A stretch of DNA of 50,932 nucleotides, from positions 1 through 50,932 of the forward strand of contig CBFHAJ010000003.1 of the NCBI GenBank assembly GCA_965653495.1, read 5' to 3'. The translations under genes were made by a program, and so were the position numbers. This document shows positions 39,735 through 48,510 of this stretch, piece by piece. Each line of letters opens with the position of its first letter. The first letter of the stretch is position 1. Source of the stretch: an uncultured bacterium. GTDB lineage: Bacteria > Gemmatimonadota > Gemmatimonadetes > Gemmatimonadales > GWC2-71-9. Under the pieces are notes generated by a model, which ran no database searches, had not been told where the DNA came from, and worked only from the letters and a program-made list of their open reading frames with translations.

Positions 39735-40412
39735 ATGGCGACGACAATGACCGGTGCAGGCGCGCGGGCCGCTGACTCCAAGGCTGTGACGTGGCTGACC
39801 GAATGGGTTAAGCGCCACCGCAAGCTGGCGACGTATTTGGCGGTCGCGATCGTCCTCGGCGCTGGTCTGTACGGGTGGAGCCTGCTCACGGCGAAGACCG
39901 CTGAGCGCAACGCCGGGCGCCAGCTCGAGCAGGGCCGTTTGGCCCTCGATTCCAAGAATTACCCACTTGCGGCCAGCGTGTTGTCCCAGATGGTGGAGAA
40001 TTACTCGGGGACGCACGCCGCTCAAGAAGGCGCCCTGCTGCTCGCTCAGGTGAGGCTGGCGCAGGGGCAGACGCTGCAGGCGATCGACGTGCTGCAAAAG
40101 TTCGCTCCCAACGCCGACCGGGACTTCCGAGCGCAGGCGTACGGACTGCTGGGTGCGGCGTACGAGAACGCACTCAAGACTCGGGAGGCGGCGACGGCGT
40201 ACCAGCAAGCCGCGGATGCAGCGCCGTTTCCGTTTCTCAAGGCGCAGTATCTCTCGGACGTGGGACGGTCGTCGATCGCGGCCGGTGATACGGCGAAGGC
40301 GCTCGCGGCGTACCATACGATTGTGGAGCGTTTGGATTCGACCGGTGCCGTGGGGGAAGCGAAGGTGCGGATTGGGGAGCTGACGCGAGGTGCTGGGCTG
40401 GGCGGGAAATAG
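39735..40412 (+). CDS. YfgM-like membrane-anchored TPR protein
   Basis: WVKRHRK precedes a single TM helix, followed by TPR-like helices (YSGTHAA, LLLAQ, LLGAAYE). Confidence 0.75.
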   Translation: MATTMTGAGARAADSKAVTWLTEWVKRHRKLATYLAVAIVLGAGLYGWSLLTAKTAERNAGRQLEQGRLALDSKNYPLAASVLSQMVENYSGTHAAQEGALLLAQVRLAQGQTLQAIDVLQKFAPNADRDFRAQAYGLLGAAYENALKTREAATAYQQAADAAPFPFLKAQYLSDVGRSSIAAGDTAKALAAYHTIVERLDSTGAVGEAKVRIGELTRGAGLGGK

Positions 40413-40432
40413 GCGCCTTCACCCATTAATGG

Positions 40433-40460
40433 ACTTCGTATAATAGATGTTATGTTAAGT
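40433..40460 (+). other. dif site (XerC/XerD chromosome dimer resolution site)
   Basis: ACTTCGTATAA-TAGATG-TTATGTTAAGT has the 11-6-11 architecture, and its right arm differs by one base from the E. coli XerD arm TTATGTTAAAT. It is an AT-rich intergenic patch at the gene-orientation switch. Confidence 0.88.
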
Positions 40461-40489
40461 TAATCACCAAGGAAATGTGGACAAGCGGA

Positions 40490-41311
40490 TCAGTTAATCA
40501 CACCTCGTATGACCAGTCTCGCCTCTCCCCCTAGCCACACGTCCTCGTAGAGGCCCTTGGGCCCCTTCCGCGCGCGGATCTCCAGGCAGCGGCCGCTCGA
40601 AGTGCGGATCGTGACCGGGAGCTGGCCCAGGCCCCAATCCGCGAGCGCGCAAGCGGCCGCCACCGCGCCCGTGCCGCACGCCAGCGTCTCGGCTTCCACT
40701 CCGCGTTCATACGTCCGCATGCGCCATTCACTGCTGGCACCGTTGGCAGACACGAAGTTCACGTTCGCACCCGCCGGGCCGGCGTGCGGGTCCCCGCGCA
40801 GTGCCCGGCCGCGGAGTTCCACGTTCACGTCGGCCACGTCTTCCACGTGGACCACGAGGTGCGGCACCCCCACGCACCCGAGCGCGACCCGTTGCTCACC
40901 GGCAGCGAGCGTTAGGCCCGGCACGGGTGCGGGGGATGTCACTGGCGCCAGGTGCAGCTCCGCTCGCTCGCCGGGCGGTGCGCAGCGACTCTCGTAGGTG
41001 CCGGCGTCCGTCTCGAGGGTCATGCTCTGCGGACTTGCTAGGCCGAGGCGGGCCGCGAGACGCGTGCTGCAGAGAGCCGCGTTGCCGCACATCGCCGCCC
41101 GCGAACCGTCGGCGTTGAAGTAGATCATCCGGATACTCTCGGCCTGCGTTCCCGGGCCCACGAACACGAGCCCGTCGGCGCCGACGCCGGTACCGCGGGC
41201 GCACACCGCCCGGATGTCCTCCGGCGTCCAATCGTCGGGCGCGGAGTGACGGGCGTCGATCATGACGAAGTCGTTGCCGGACCCCGTCATTTTGTAGATC
41301 GCGGTGCCGAT
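40490..41311 (-). CDS. dapF: Diaminopimelate epimerase; start uncertain (ATC 41311 or ATG 41290)
   Basis: YKMTGSGNDF, GVGADG, NADGS, MCGNA, GVPH, NVNF and RTYERGVEAETLACGTG, including both catalytic Cys. Confidence 0.92.
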   Translation of the reverse strand: MGTAIYKMTGSGNDFVMIDARHSAPDDWTPEDIRAVCARGTGVGADGLVFVGPGTQAESIRMIYFNADGSRAAMCGNAALCSTRLAARLGLASPQSMTLETDAGTYESRCAPPGERAELHLAPVTSPAPVPGLTLAAGEQRVALGCVGVPHLVVHVEDVADVNVELRGRALRGDPHAGPAGANVNFVSANGASSEWRMRTYERGVEAETLACGTGAVAAACALADWGLGQLPVTIRTSSGRCLEIRARKGPKGLYEDVWLGGEARLVIRGVIN

Positions 41312-42033
41312 TAGATGCGGGCGAACCAAGTCATGAGCCGCAGCCGCGGCACCATCCACACGGCTTCCCGCACGATCGCCCCGTTCATCTTGCTCTGGCC
41401 CTCGGTGCGGTCGACGAACACGATCGGGATTTCCTTCAGCGTGAACCCTTTGCGCCATGCTCGCACACTCATTTCAATCTGAAACGCGTAGCCGTTCGAG
41501 CGTACGCGGTCCAAGTCTATCGCTTCGAGCACCTGCCTGCGAAAGCACTTGAACCCCCCGGTCAGGTCCCAGATCCGCAGGCCCGTAATCCGGCGGGCGT
41601 AGATGTTCGCGCCATACGATAGTACCAGACGCGTCATCGGCCAGTTGACCACCGTCACCTTTCCGCCGAGGTACCGCGATCCCAGCACCAGGTCGGCCCC
41701 GGCGATGGCCTTGAGAAAGTCCTTTAAGTGCGCCGGCTCGTGCGAGAAGTCGGCGTCCATCTCGAAGACGTAGTCGTAGCCCCGCTCGAGAGACCACTTG
41801 AAGCCGGTGATGTAGGCCGTTCCCAAGCCGAGCTTTGCGGCCCGGTGCAGGACGTGGACGCGCGGTTGCTTCGCCGCCAGTGCCTCTGCGAGTTGTCCGG
41901 TGCCGTCGGGCGAGCCGTCGTCCACCACCAGGACTTCGAGCCGGGGGTCCTGCGCCAAGACCTGGTCCACGAGGGGCGCCAGGTTACCCACCTCGTTGTA
42001 CGTGGGAACGACCACCAGCGCCCGCTCAGGCAT
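41311..42033 (-). CDS. Polyprenol-monophosphate sugar (mannose) synthase, Dpm1/Ppm1-like GT2
   Basis: VPTYNE, VVDDGSPDGTG, KLGLGTAY, EMDADFSH, GSRY, DLTGGFKC, NGYAFQIE and FVDRTEGQSKM. Confidence 0.9.
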   Translation of the reverse strand: MPERALVVVPTYNEVGNLAPLVDQVLAQDPRLEVLVVDDGSPDGTGQLAEALAAKQPRVHVLHRAAKLGLGTAYITGFKWSLERGYDYVFEMDADFSHEPAHLKDFLKAIAGADLVLGSRYLGGKVTVVNWPMTRLVLSYGANIYARRITGLRIWDLTGGFKCFRRQVLEAIDLDRVRSNGYAFQIEMSVRAWRKGFTLKEIPIVFVDRTEGQSKMNGAIVREAVWMVPRLRLMTWFARI

Positions 42034-44386
42034 GTCGCATACGCCTGGCAGCCACCAAGAGCACCCCGGCGACCAGGAGCACGGCGACGGATGCGAACGT
42101 GACGGCTCGCCCGAGCTCGTACGCTGGGGAGCGGAAGGTGAGCTCCACCCGCTTGGCGCCCGCGGGCACGGGGACCGTGATCAGGCTGTAATCGCCGCGC
42201 AGCACCTGGCCCGGCTGCCCGTCGACGGTGGCCTGCCAGTCCGGATACCAGTTCTCCGCGACGAGCAGGTACGACGTGGCGGGCTGCGCCGGGTCGAGCA
42301 CCACGGACATACGTCCTGGTTGCCACTGCGTGACGGCGGCGCGCGCCGGGCTGGCGGGCGGCATCTCCTTCAGGGGCGTCGGTGACACCGGTTGATCGGT
42401 CGTGAACAGCACGAGGCGCGACGCATCCATGCGGCGATCGACGAGCGTCGGAATGATGGCCGCCGAATCGGCTTTGATGGCACCGGGGACAACCCGGGCG
42501 TACGGTTGCGGCGTGGTGCGCTCGAACAGCGTCGCCTGGCCGCCGTCGAAGGTGGGGACGGCCTGAAAGACTCGCTTGAAGCCTGGGATGGAGTCCATCG
42601 GTCGCCCGCTCACCGGGATGGTCACGTAGCGCACTGCCCACAGGTCCCAGAGCGGCAGTACGCCGAGGTTCCTGTATTCTCCCCCCCCCCAGAGATCGGC
42701 GCAATAGCGCGGCTGGGTGCCGGGGTAGCCGCATGGCGGAGGCACATCGAACGCCATCAGCACGGACCCGGGATACGCGCTTTGGCCTGGCAGGTCCAGC
42801 ACTCGGTATGGGAGTGGCGTCGCTGTGACGCGGTCGATCACCTGGTCGCGGGTGTAAGGCGTGGTGTAAGACCAAAAATCACGCGCATTGAGCCACAGGT
42901 CCGCTGTGACGATGAGGCAGAGGGCGAAGGCAGCCGCGCGGGGCTTGAACCGGTCCTGGGCGAAGGCCAGCACGGCGCCCGTGGCAGCGAGCGCCAGCCC
43001 GCTCGAAAGGGCGCCCCACATGATCGCGGCCTCGTCAGCACCGGCTGCGGCGACGGTGTTGCGTCCCGTGAGGGCCTGAACGCCTGCCGCGAGCTTCTCC
43101 GCGACTTGCCCGAGGGCGCCCGTAATCCCGAGCAGCGCCGCCAGGCCGCCTACGATCAGCGCCGGCAGCAGCATCCGCCGGCCGTCCTTAGCGAGCCCGC
43201 GCTCGGCGCCGATACCGGCGAACGCTGCGGTGACGAACGCCACGACGTAAAATGCCATCCCGGGAGCGCGGGTTTTCTTGACGAGGGGCATCAGTGTCCA
43301 CCACACTCGGTAGAACGGTGTAGCGGCGCCGAGGCTGATCAGCAGGAACAGCAGACCGATGCCACCGAGCCAGAGAATCTGCCGCCGACGCTCCCGCACA
43401 CTGGCGCCGAGCACCGCGAGGGCCACCACTGGCAGCCCAAGGTACTCGGAGTGCAACTTCAGCCCGTTCGGTCCCCAGTAGGTCCCCTTCGACGTCGAGC
43501 CTACGAAGTTCTTGACAACGAACTCAGGGACGTGGTCCCACGGAATGGCGTACGACGTGGAGCCGATGAAGCCGTGGTAGCCTTCGGCGCGCGGCGAGAA
43601 CGGGATGTACTCGAAGAACGGCAAAATCTGGATGGCGGCGACGGCGAACCCCACCAGAACCGCAGCGAGCGACAGCCCCAGGCCGAGCGCGCGCTCCCCT
43701 GCCCCACGATTCGGCGACGCTTCGAACGTGAGGTACAAGGCGAACAGTCCGCCGACGATCAGGCTGTAATAGGCGAGCTGGAAGTGACTCAGGAGGGTGA
43801 GACCGGTAGCCGCAGCGATCAACCAGTAGCCCTCTTTGCGGCGATCCCGCAGGGCCAGCACCAGCCCGAGGAGTAACAGCGGCAACATGGCTGACGCGAA
43901 CAGCTTGCCGTCGTGGCCCGGCGACGGGTACGAGGCGATCAGCCCCGATAACTCGTACGCCACGCCGCCGATCACTGCCCCGGTCCAACCGAGCCCCAGC
44001 CGCCGCAGCAGGAGATACGTGAACAGGCCGGCGAGCAGGTAGTGGACGAAGAACCCGAGGTTCGCCACGGTGGTCGCGGGGACCACGTACCGCAGCAGCC
44101 ACGTCGGATAGAAGATGCCCCCACTGCCGGCCGCCACAAATGGCAGCCCGCCAAAGATTTCGGGATTCCAGAGCGGCAGATGGCCGGTGCGCTTGAACCA
44201 CTCGGCGCTCCACGCCTGAAACGGCACGCTGGCGTTGTACTGGTCACTGAATGGGCTCGCGAGCCACTTCCCGGCGAGCATGGGAAGCGAAAGCAACGCC
44301 GGCCACAGCGTGAACCACGCCGTCGCCACCAGCGTAGGACGGGCAGGCTCGTACGCCGCAGTGACTACCGCCGGGCCGTCTTCCAC
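42026..44386 (-). CDS. YfhO-family polytopic membrane protein (GT-C-type glycosyltransferase)
   Basis: AAGGAG SD. PLWNPEIFGGLPF and FYP, many TM helices, and C-terminal ENWYPDWQATVDG and VPAGAKRVELTF. Confidence 0.82.
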   Translation of the reverse strand: MEDGPAVVTAAYEPARPTLVATAWFTLWPALLSLPMLAGKWLASPFSDQYNASVPFQAWSAEWFKRTGHLPLWNPEIFGGLPFVAAGSGGIFYPTWLLRYVVPATTVANLGFFVHYLLAGLFTYLLLRRLGLGWTGAVIGGVAYELSGLIASYPSPGHDGKLFASAMLPLLLLGLVLALRDRRKEGYWLIAAATGLTLLSHFQLAYYSLIVGGLFALYLTFEASPNRGAGERALGLGLSLAAVLVGFAVAAIQILPFFEYIPFSPRAEGYHGFIGSTSYAIPWDHVPEFVVKNFVGSTSKGTYWGPNGLKLHSEYLGLPVVALAVLGASVRERRRQILWLGGIGLLFLLISLGAATPFYRVWWTLMPLVKKTRAPGMAFYVVAFVTAAFAGIGAERGLAKDGRRMLLPALIVGGLAALLGITGALGQVAEKLAAGVQALTGRNTVAAAGADEAAIMWGALSSGLALAATGAVLAFAQDRFKPRAAAFALCLIVTADLWLNARDFWSYTTPYTRDQVIDRVTATPLPYRVLDLPGQSAYPGSVLMAFDVPPPCGYPGTQPRYCADLWGGGEYRNLGVLPLWDLWAVRYVTIPVSGRPMDSIPGFKRVFQAVPTFDGGQATLFERTTPQPYARVVPGAIKADSAAIIPTLVDRRMDASRLVLFTTDQPVSPTPLKEMPPASPARAAVTQWQPGRMSVVLDPAQPATSYLLVAENWYPDWQATVDGQPGQVLRGDYSLITVPVPAGAKRVELTFRSPAYELGRAVTFASVAVLLVAGVLLVAARRMRHA

Positions 44387-44476
44387 CAGCAGGTCTCCTT
44401 AACGAATTGGTGAGGGGTTGCCGGAGCGCGCGAAAGGTAGCTGGGTCCGCGCGGCTGCACTAGCTTTCCGCGGCCC

Positions 44477-45127
44477 ATGACCCCGCCGGCACCGCGCGCG
44501 TTCTACGAGGCGGAATATCACTTCGCCGAAGACGTCGAGCGTCCCAACCTGCGGCGGCTGTGGCGTGCGCTCCGGACGCTCGAGCCGCTCGCGGGGACCG
44601 CCTTCCTCGACTTGGGCTCCGGCGTCGGCTGGGCGGCCCGGCTCGCGCTCGAGCCCGGCCGGGCGAGCGTCGCCGTGGGCCTCGACTTCTCACGCCGCGC
44701 GCTCACTCTCGCGCGGCGCGCCACACCGGCGGCGGCCTGGGTGCACGGCGACGGCACTGCGCTCCCCTTTCGGGACGGGGCCTTTGACCGGGTATTCTCG
44801 TTCGGATCGTTGGAGCACTTTCCCGACCTGCAGCGCGGGTTCGCGGAGGCGTTCCGCGTGCTGCGCGCGGGTGGGCTCGCCGTCGTGGTCGTGCCGAACT
44901 TCTACGTCCGGACGCAGCAACCGCTCGAATTTCGGGCGACGCGCGGCGGGTGGGAGCGCGTCATCAGACAGGCGGGCTTCGACGTCGTCGCCGTGGGTGC
45001 CGACACGGGTCCTGCGATTCTCAAGAACTACCGGCCCACGCGCATCGTGCTCCGCATCCTCCTGCGCTTGATCTCGCTCGTGCCGGGGCTCCAGTATCAG
45101 TTCGTGTTTGTGCTGCGCAAGCCTTGA
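44477..45127 (+). CDS. Class I SAM-dependent methyltransferase
   Basis: FLDLGSGVG, GLDFS, GDGTALPF, FDRV, LEHF and RVLRAGG. Confidence 0.88.
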   Translation: MTPPAPRAFYEAEYHFAEDVERPNLRRLWRALRTLEPLAGTAFLDLGSGVGWAARLALEPGRASVAVGLDFSRRALTLARRATPAAAWVHGDGTALPFRDGAFDRVFSFGSLEHFPDLQRGFAEAFRVLRAGGLAVVVVPNFYVRTQQPLEFRATRGGWERVIRQAGFDVVAVGADTGPAILKNYRPTRIVLRILLRLISLVPGLQYQFVFVLRKP

Positions 45128-46059
45128 GCGGTCGCCGGAGCCGACCGTCCGGGTATCGCGACCACAGCAACCACGGTTAGGATCTCCAGCGAGATGGCCC
45201 AGAGGCGCGCGGCCACGGCCAGCAAGAACGCCCGGTCGGTTCCGATGAGCCCCGCGAGCGCGGCGACCAGAGCTGCCTCACGCACCACGATGCCTCCCGG
45301 CGCGAATACCGCGATGATGCCGGCGACGTAACTGGCGATGAACGCCGGTGCCGCGAGCATCAGCCCAGGTGCTGCGTCTCCCAGCAGCGCCCGGCCGAGC
45401 AGCCAAAAGGCCAACCCGTACCCGGCCCATCCCAGCGTGGAGCCGGCGACGTAGCGCGCGAAGCTCGTCCAAGGCGGTTTGGGAAGGGCGACGCGCCGGC
45501 TGACGAGTGGGGCCACTCGGCGAAACAGGACCACCAAGAACACCAGCCCCCCCAACGCCGTTGCCACCATCGCCCAACGCGGCCACGTGCGTCCCGTCGA
45601 GCTCAGGAGCGCGGGGGCGAACGCCATCGAGAGCACGATCCCGGTGGCGAGCAGCACGAGCTGTTGGAGCAAGACACCGCCCGTCACGGCGACGGGCGAG
45701 ACGCCCTCCTCCACCGCGAGGGCTGCCAGCCCGGCGAACTGCCACACGGCTCCGGGGATGTAGCGAGCCAGGTTGCTGCGCACGAACATCCGCAGCCCCG
45801 GCCACGGCCGCAGGCGCTGTTGCCACCATGCCAGGCTCTCCGTCCACAGCCGTACCAGAAAAACGAATGAGCCGAGCCACAGCAGCGACGCCAGGACGAG
45901 CCAGCCCCATTGCAGGCCGGCGCGCGCGGCCAGGATCGCTCGCCAGCTCGGTTGCGCCGTGCGGATCAGGACCCACACGGCCGCGGCGAGGGCCACGACC
46001 TGCGCGACGGCTTTGAGGAGCTTGAAAGAGGTGCGCACGGGAAAATCGAGTGGCCGCAA
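45097..46059 (-). CDS. Lysylphosphatidylglycerol-synthase-TM / flippase-like membrane protein
   Basis: SNLARYIPGAVW and FAPGGIVVREAAL with about 8 TM helices. Start TTG 46059 or GTG 46038. Confidence 0.78.
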   Translation of the reverse strand: MRPLDFPVRTSFKLLKAVAQVVALAAAVWVLIRTAQPSWRAILAARAGLQWGWLVLASLLWLGSFVFLVRLWTESLAWWQQRLRPWPGLRMFVRSNLARYIPGAVWQFAGLAALAVEEGVSPVAVTGGVLLQQLVLLATGIVLSMAFAPALLSSTGRTWPRWAMVATALGGLVFLVVLFRRVAPLVSRRVALPKPPWTSFARYVAGSTLGWAGYGLAFWLLGRALLGDAAPGLMLAAPAFIASYVAGIIAVFAPGGIVVREAALVAALAGLIGTDRAFLLAVAARLWAISLEILTVVAVVAIPGRSAPATAQGLRSTNTN

Positions 46060-46070
46060 AGATAACGCTT

Positions 46071-46076
46071 TATACT
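46071..46076 (+). promoter_or_regulatory. Putative -10 element (TATACT) of a leaderless transcript
   Basis: TATACT lies 6 nt before GTG 46083 in an AT-rich divergent gap, with no SD. Confidence 0.5.
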
Positions 46077-46082
46077 TGATCC

Positions 46083-47285
46083 GTGCGGATCCTTCACGTC
46101 GTCACGGCATTTCCCCGGTACGAGGGAGACGTCATCGCGCCGTGGCTGGTCGAGCTGCTGCAGCGGCTGCAGCAGGGGGGGGGCCATGACGTAGAGGTGT
46201 TCTGCTCCGCGTATCGTGGCGGGGGAGGTGACTCGTACGCCGGGATCCCGGTGCATCGGTTTCGCTACTTCCCCGCGCGCTGGGAAGATCTCACGCACGA
46301 CGAGGCCACGCAGGAGCGGATGCGGCGCTCCTGGCGCCACAAGCTGATGCCGCCGTTCTATGTGGCGGCTGGCCTGTTCGCGATCTGGCGGCTGTGCCGG
46401 CGCCAGCGCTACGACATCGTTCACGTGCACTGGCCGATGCCGCACGCTCTGTTCGGCGCGGTGGCGCGCGCGGCCTGCGGGGCCCGACTGGTCACGCTGT
46501 GGTACGGCGCTGAGCTGCGCTGGGTGCAGGATTCGCTGCGCTGGATGCGCTGGCTGGTGCGGTGGGCGCTCCGCACCTCCGACCAAGTGGTCGCGATCTC
46601 GTCGTACACGGCGGCGGAGGTGAGACGCATCGCTGACGTGCCGGTCCGCGTGATTCCCTACACCATCGGGCTCGCGGCTCCGGAACACCGCATTGGCGTG
46701 CCCCCGCCGCGGCGGGATGGTGCATTCAAGATCCTTTTCGTGGGCCGGTTGGTCGAGCGAAAGGGCGTCGACCGTCTGGTAGACGCCGTGGGACGTCTGC
46801 CGCGGTCGCTGGGTGCGCAGCTGGAGATCGTCGGGGATGGTGCCGAGCGCCCCCGCCTCGAGGCGCTGATCCGCGCGACCTCACTGCAAGACCGTGTGAC
46901 GTTGCGCGGCCGAGTGTCAGGCGCTGACCTGCACGCCGCTTATGCTACGGCGGATGTGCTCGTGCTGCCGTCGGTGCTCGACTCCCGCAACGACACCGAG
47001 GGTCTCGGCGTCGTCCTGCTCGAGGCGATGAGCTACGGCGTGCCCGTGATCGCGAGCCGGATCGGCGGCATCCCCGACATCGTCGCGGATGAGGAGACCG
47101 GGTTGCTGGTAGCGCCGGGCGATGCCAGCGCGCTCACGACGGCCCTGCAGCGGGTAGCCAGCGACGCAAGGCTGCGCGCCCGACTGGGGAGCGCGGGGCG
47201 CGAGCACGTGCGGGCGCGGTTTAGCTGGGAGCGGATTGTGGCGCTGTGGGAGGAGTGCTACACCGCGGCGCGGCGCGTTACTTGA
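46083..47285 (+). CDS. Glycosyltransferase family 4
   Basis: ILHVVTAFP, VHVHWP, FVGRLVERKG, VGDG, EGLGVVLLEAM and GGIPDIV. Confidence 0.92.
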   Translation: MRILHVVTAFPRYEGDVIAPWLVELLQRLQQGGGHDVEVFCSAYRGGGGDSYAGIPVHRFRYFPARWEDLTHDEATQERMRRSWRHKLMPPFYVAAGLFAIWRLCRRQRYDIVHVHWPMPHALFGAVARAACGARLVTLWYGAELRWVQDSLRWMRWLVRWALRTSDQVVAISSYTAAEVRRIADVPVRVIPYTIGLAAPEHRIGVPPPRRDGAFKILFVGRLVERKGVDRLVDAVGRLPRSLGAQLEIVGDGAERPRLEALIRATSLQDRVTLRGRVSGADLHAAYATADVLVLPSVLDSRNDTEGLGVVLLEAMSYGVPVIASRIGGIPDIVADEETGLLVAPGDASALTTALQRVASDARLRARLGSAGREHVRARFSWERIVALWEECYTAARRVT

Positions 47286-48498
47286 TGAAATCGACCCAGC
47301 CCGCGTCGTTCGGCACGACACCCACGCTCCCGGCCGCGTCGAACGCGAGACGACGAGGGATTCCCCCTACCTGAATCGACCTCACGATTTGTTGGGTCGC
47401 TGGGTCAATCACCTGGATCTGACCGCCCTCGAGCGTCGTGACGTACAGGTATCCGTCGGTCGGGCGCCTCGCCAGGCCATAGCCGCGGCCCACCAGCGGT
47501 ATCGTGCCGAGCGAGACGTTGGACGTCAGACTCCAAAACTGGAGCATCTGGTTCTCGTTGGCGACATAAAGCACATTGCCGTCGGGGGAGACGACGATGC
47601 CCTGCGGTCTGCCGCCCACCGGCAGCGTGCGCAGGATCGTGTTCGTCGGCATGTCGATCTCGGTCACCGTGCCGACGTCTCGCGTGCTCACGTAGAGGAG
47701 CGAGCCCCGGATGGCAAAGCCGTTCGAGATGATGGGGAGCCCTAAGCGCCGCGTGATCTGCAAAGTCGCGGCGTTGATCCCGAACAGGCTGTCAGCAGTG
47801 GTGGTGACGTAGATGATACTGTCGCCAGGCGCAACAATGACAGCGAACGGATTGCCCGCCACCGGGACCGTCGTAATCTGTGTGTTCGAGGCGACGTCGA
47901 TCACGCCGACGTTCTGACTGAACTGGTTGGTGACGTACGCCCGGGAACCGGTCGAGTTGAACGCCACCTCGGTCGGCTGGTCGCCCACAGCGACGGTGGC
48001 CGTGAAGACCTCGCTCGGGAGATCGGCGCGGATCAGCTGGCTCAAATCCTGTTGGTCGACGTAGACGACACCCTTGGACGAAATCGCGACGGTATAGGCG
48101 CGATCCGGGAGTGTAACCCGGCCAGCGACGGCCGAATCCAGCACGGTCACGCCGACGGTATCGCTGAAGTCACCAAGCGTGGCCGTGATGGTTGCCGACC
48201 CGATCGGTCCGACGGACTGCACGAGTCCCCCCGAGCTCACCGTCACAACCGAAGTGTCATTTGACATGAATGACGGGTGGAGGGTCACCTCCACCGGCTT
48301 ACCGGACAGATCGAGCGCGGTCAAACGCAAGGTCAAGCTGTGTTTTTCAGGGATTACGGTGTCACGCGGGGCGAGTGAAATGGCCGCGATAATCACCGGA
48401 GGGTCGACCGGCGCTGTCGAGTTGCTGCAGGCGACGGCCACGCTGACGAGAGGAACGATGGCCCTGCTGGCTCGAACTACGGCCCGGTGCTGCCTCAT
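47278..48498 (-). CDS. Lipoprotein with Ig-like (Big_2) domain and YncE/YVTN beta-propeller
   Basis: Lipobox VAVAC; Ig-like SNDTSVVTVSSGGLVQSVG...SATITAT; repeats such as VAVGDQP...AYVTN...VGVIDV. Confidence 0.82.
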   Translation of the reverse strand: MRQHRAVVRASRAIVPLVSVAVACSNSTAPVDPPVIIAAISLAPRDTVIPEKHSLTLRLTALDLSGKPVEVTLHPSFMSNDTSVVTVSSGGLVQSVGPIGSATITATLGDFSDTVGVTVLDSAVAGRVTLPDRAYTVAISSKGVVYVDQQDLSQLIRADLPSEVFTATVAVGDQPTEVAFNSTGSRAYVTNQFSQNVGVIDVASNTQITTVPVAGNPFAVIVAPGDSIIYVTTTADSLFGINAATLQITRRLGLPIISNGFAIRGSLLYVSTRDVGTVTEIDMPTNTILRTLPVGGRPQGIVVSPDGNVLYVANENQMLQFWSLTSNVSLGTIPLVGRGYGLARRPTDGYLYVTTLEGGQIQVIDPATQQIVRSIQVGGIPRRLAFDAAGSVGVVPNDAGWVDFIK

Positions 48499-48504
48499 TG
48501 TCCC

Positions 48505-48510
48505 AAGTTA
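48505..48510 (-). promoter_or_regulatory. Putative -10 element (TAACTT) of a leaderless transcript
   Basis: The minus strand reads TAACTT-GGGACA-ATG(48498), a 6-nt spacer. Confidence 0.4.

Noticed and set aside
40430-40463. Resemblance to loxP (ACTTCGTATAA), suggesting vector contamination
   Set aside because: Only part of one arm matches. The other arm is a XerD-type TTATGTTAAGT, not the loxP inverted arm, and the flanks are native genes.
40413-40500. AT-rich gap with a DnaA-box-like 9-mer as a possible oriC
   Set aside because: There is only one box in a 77-bp gap, no dnaA/dnaN nearby, and genes converge rather than diverge; dif explains it better.
42681-42750. Diversity-generating retroelement variable region in yfhO
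   Set aside because: No reverse transcriptase or template repeat is visible, and the patch abuts a homopolymer where sequencing errors are more plausible.
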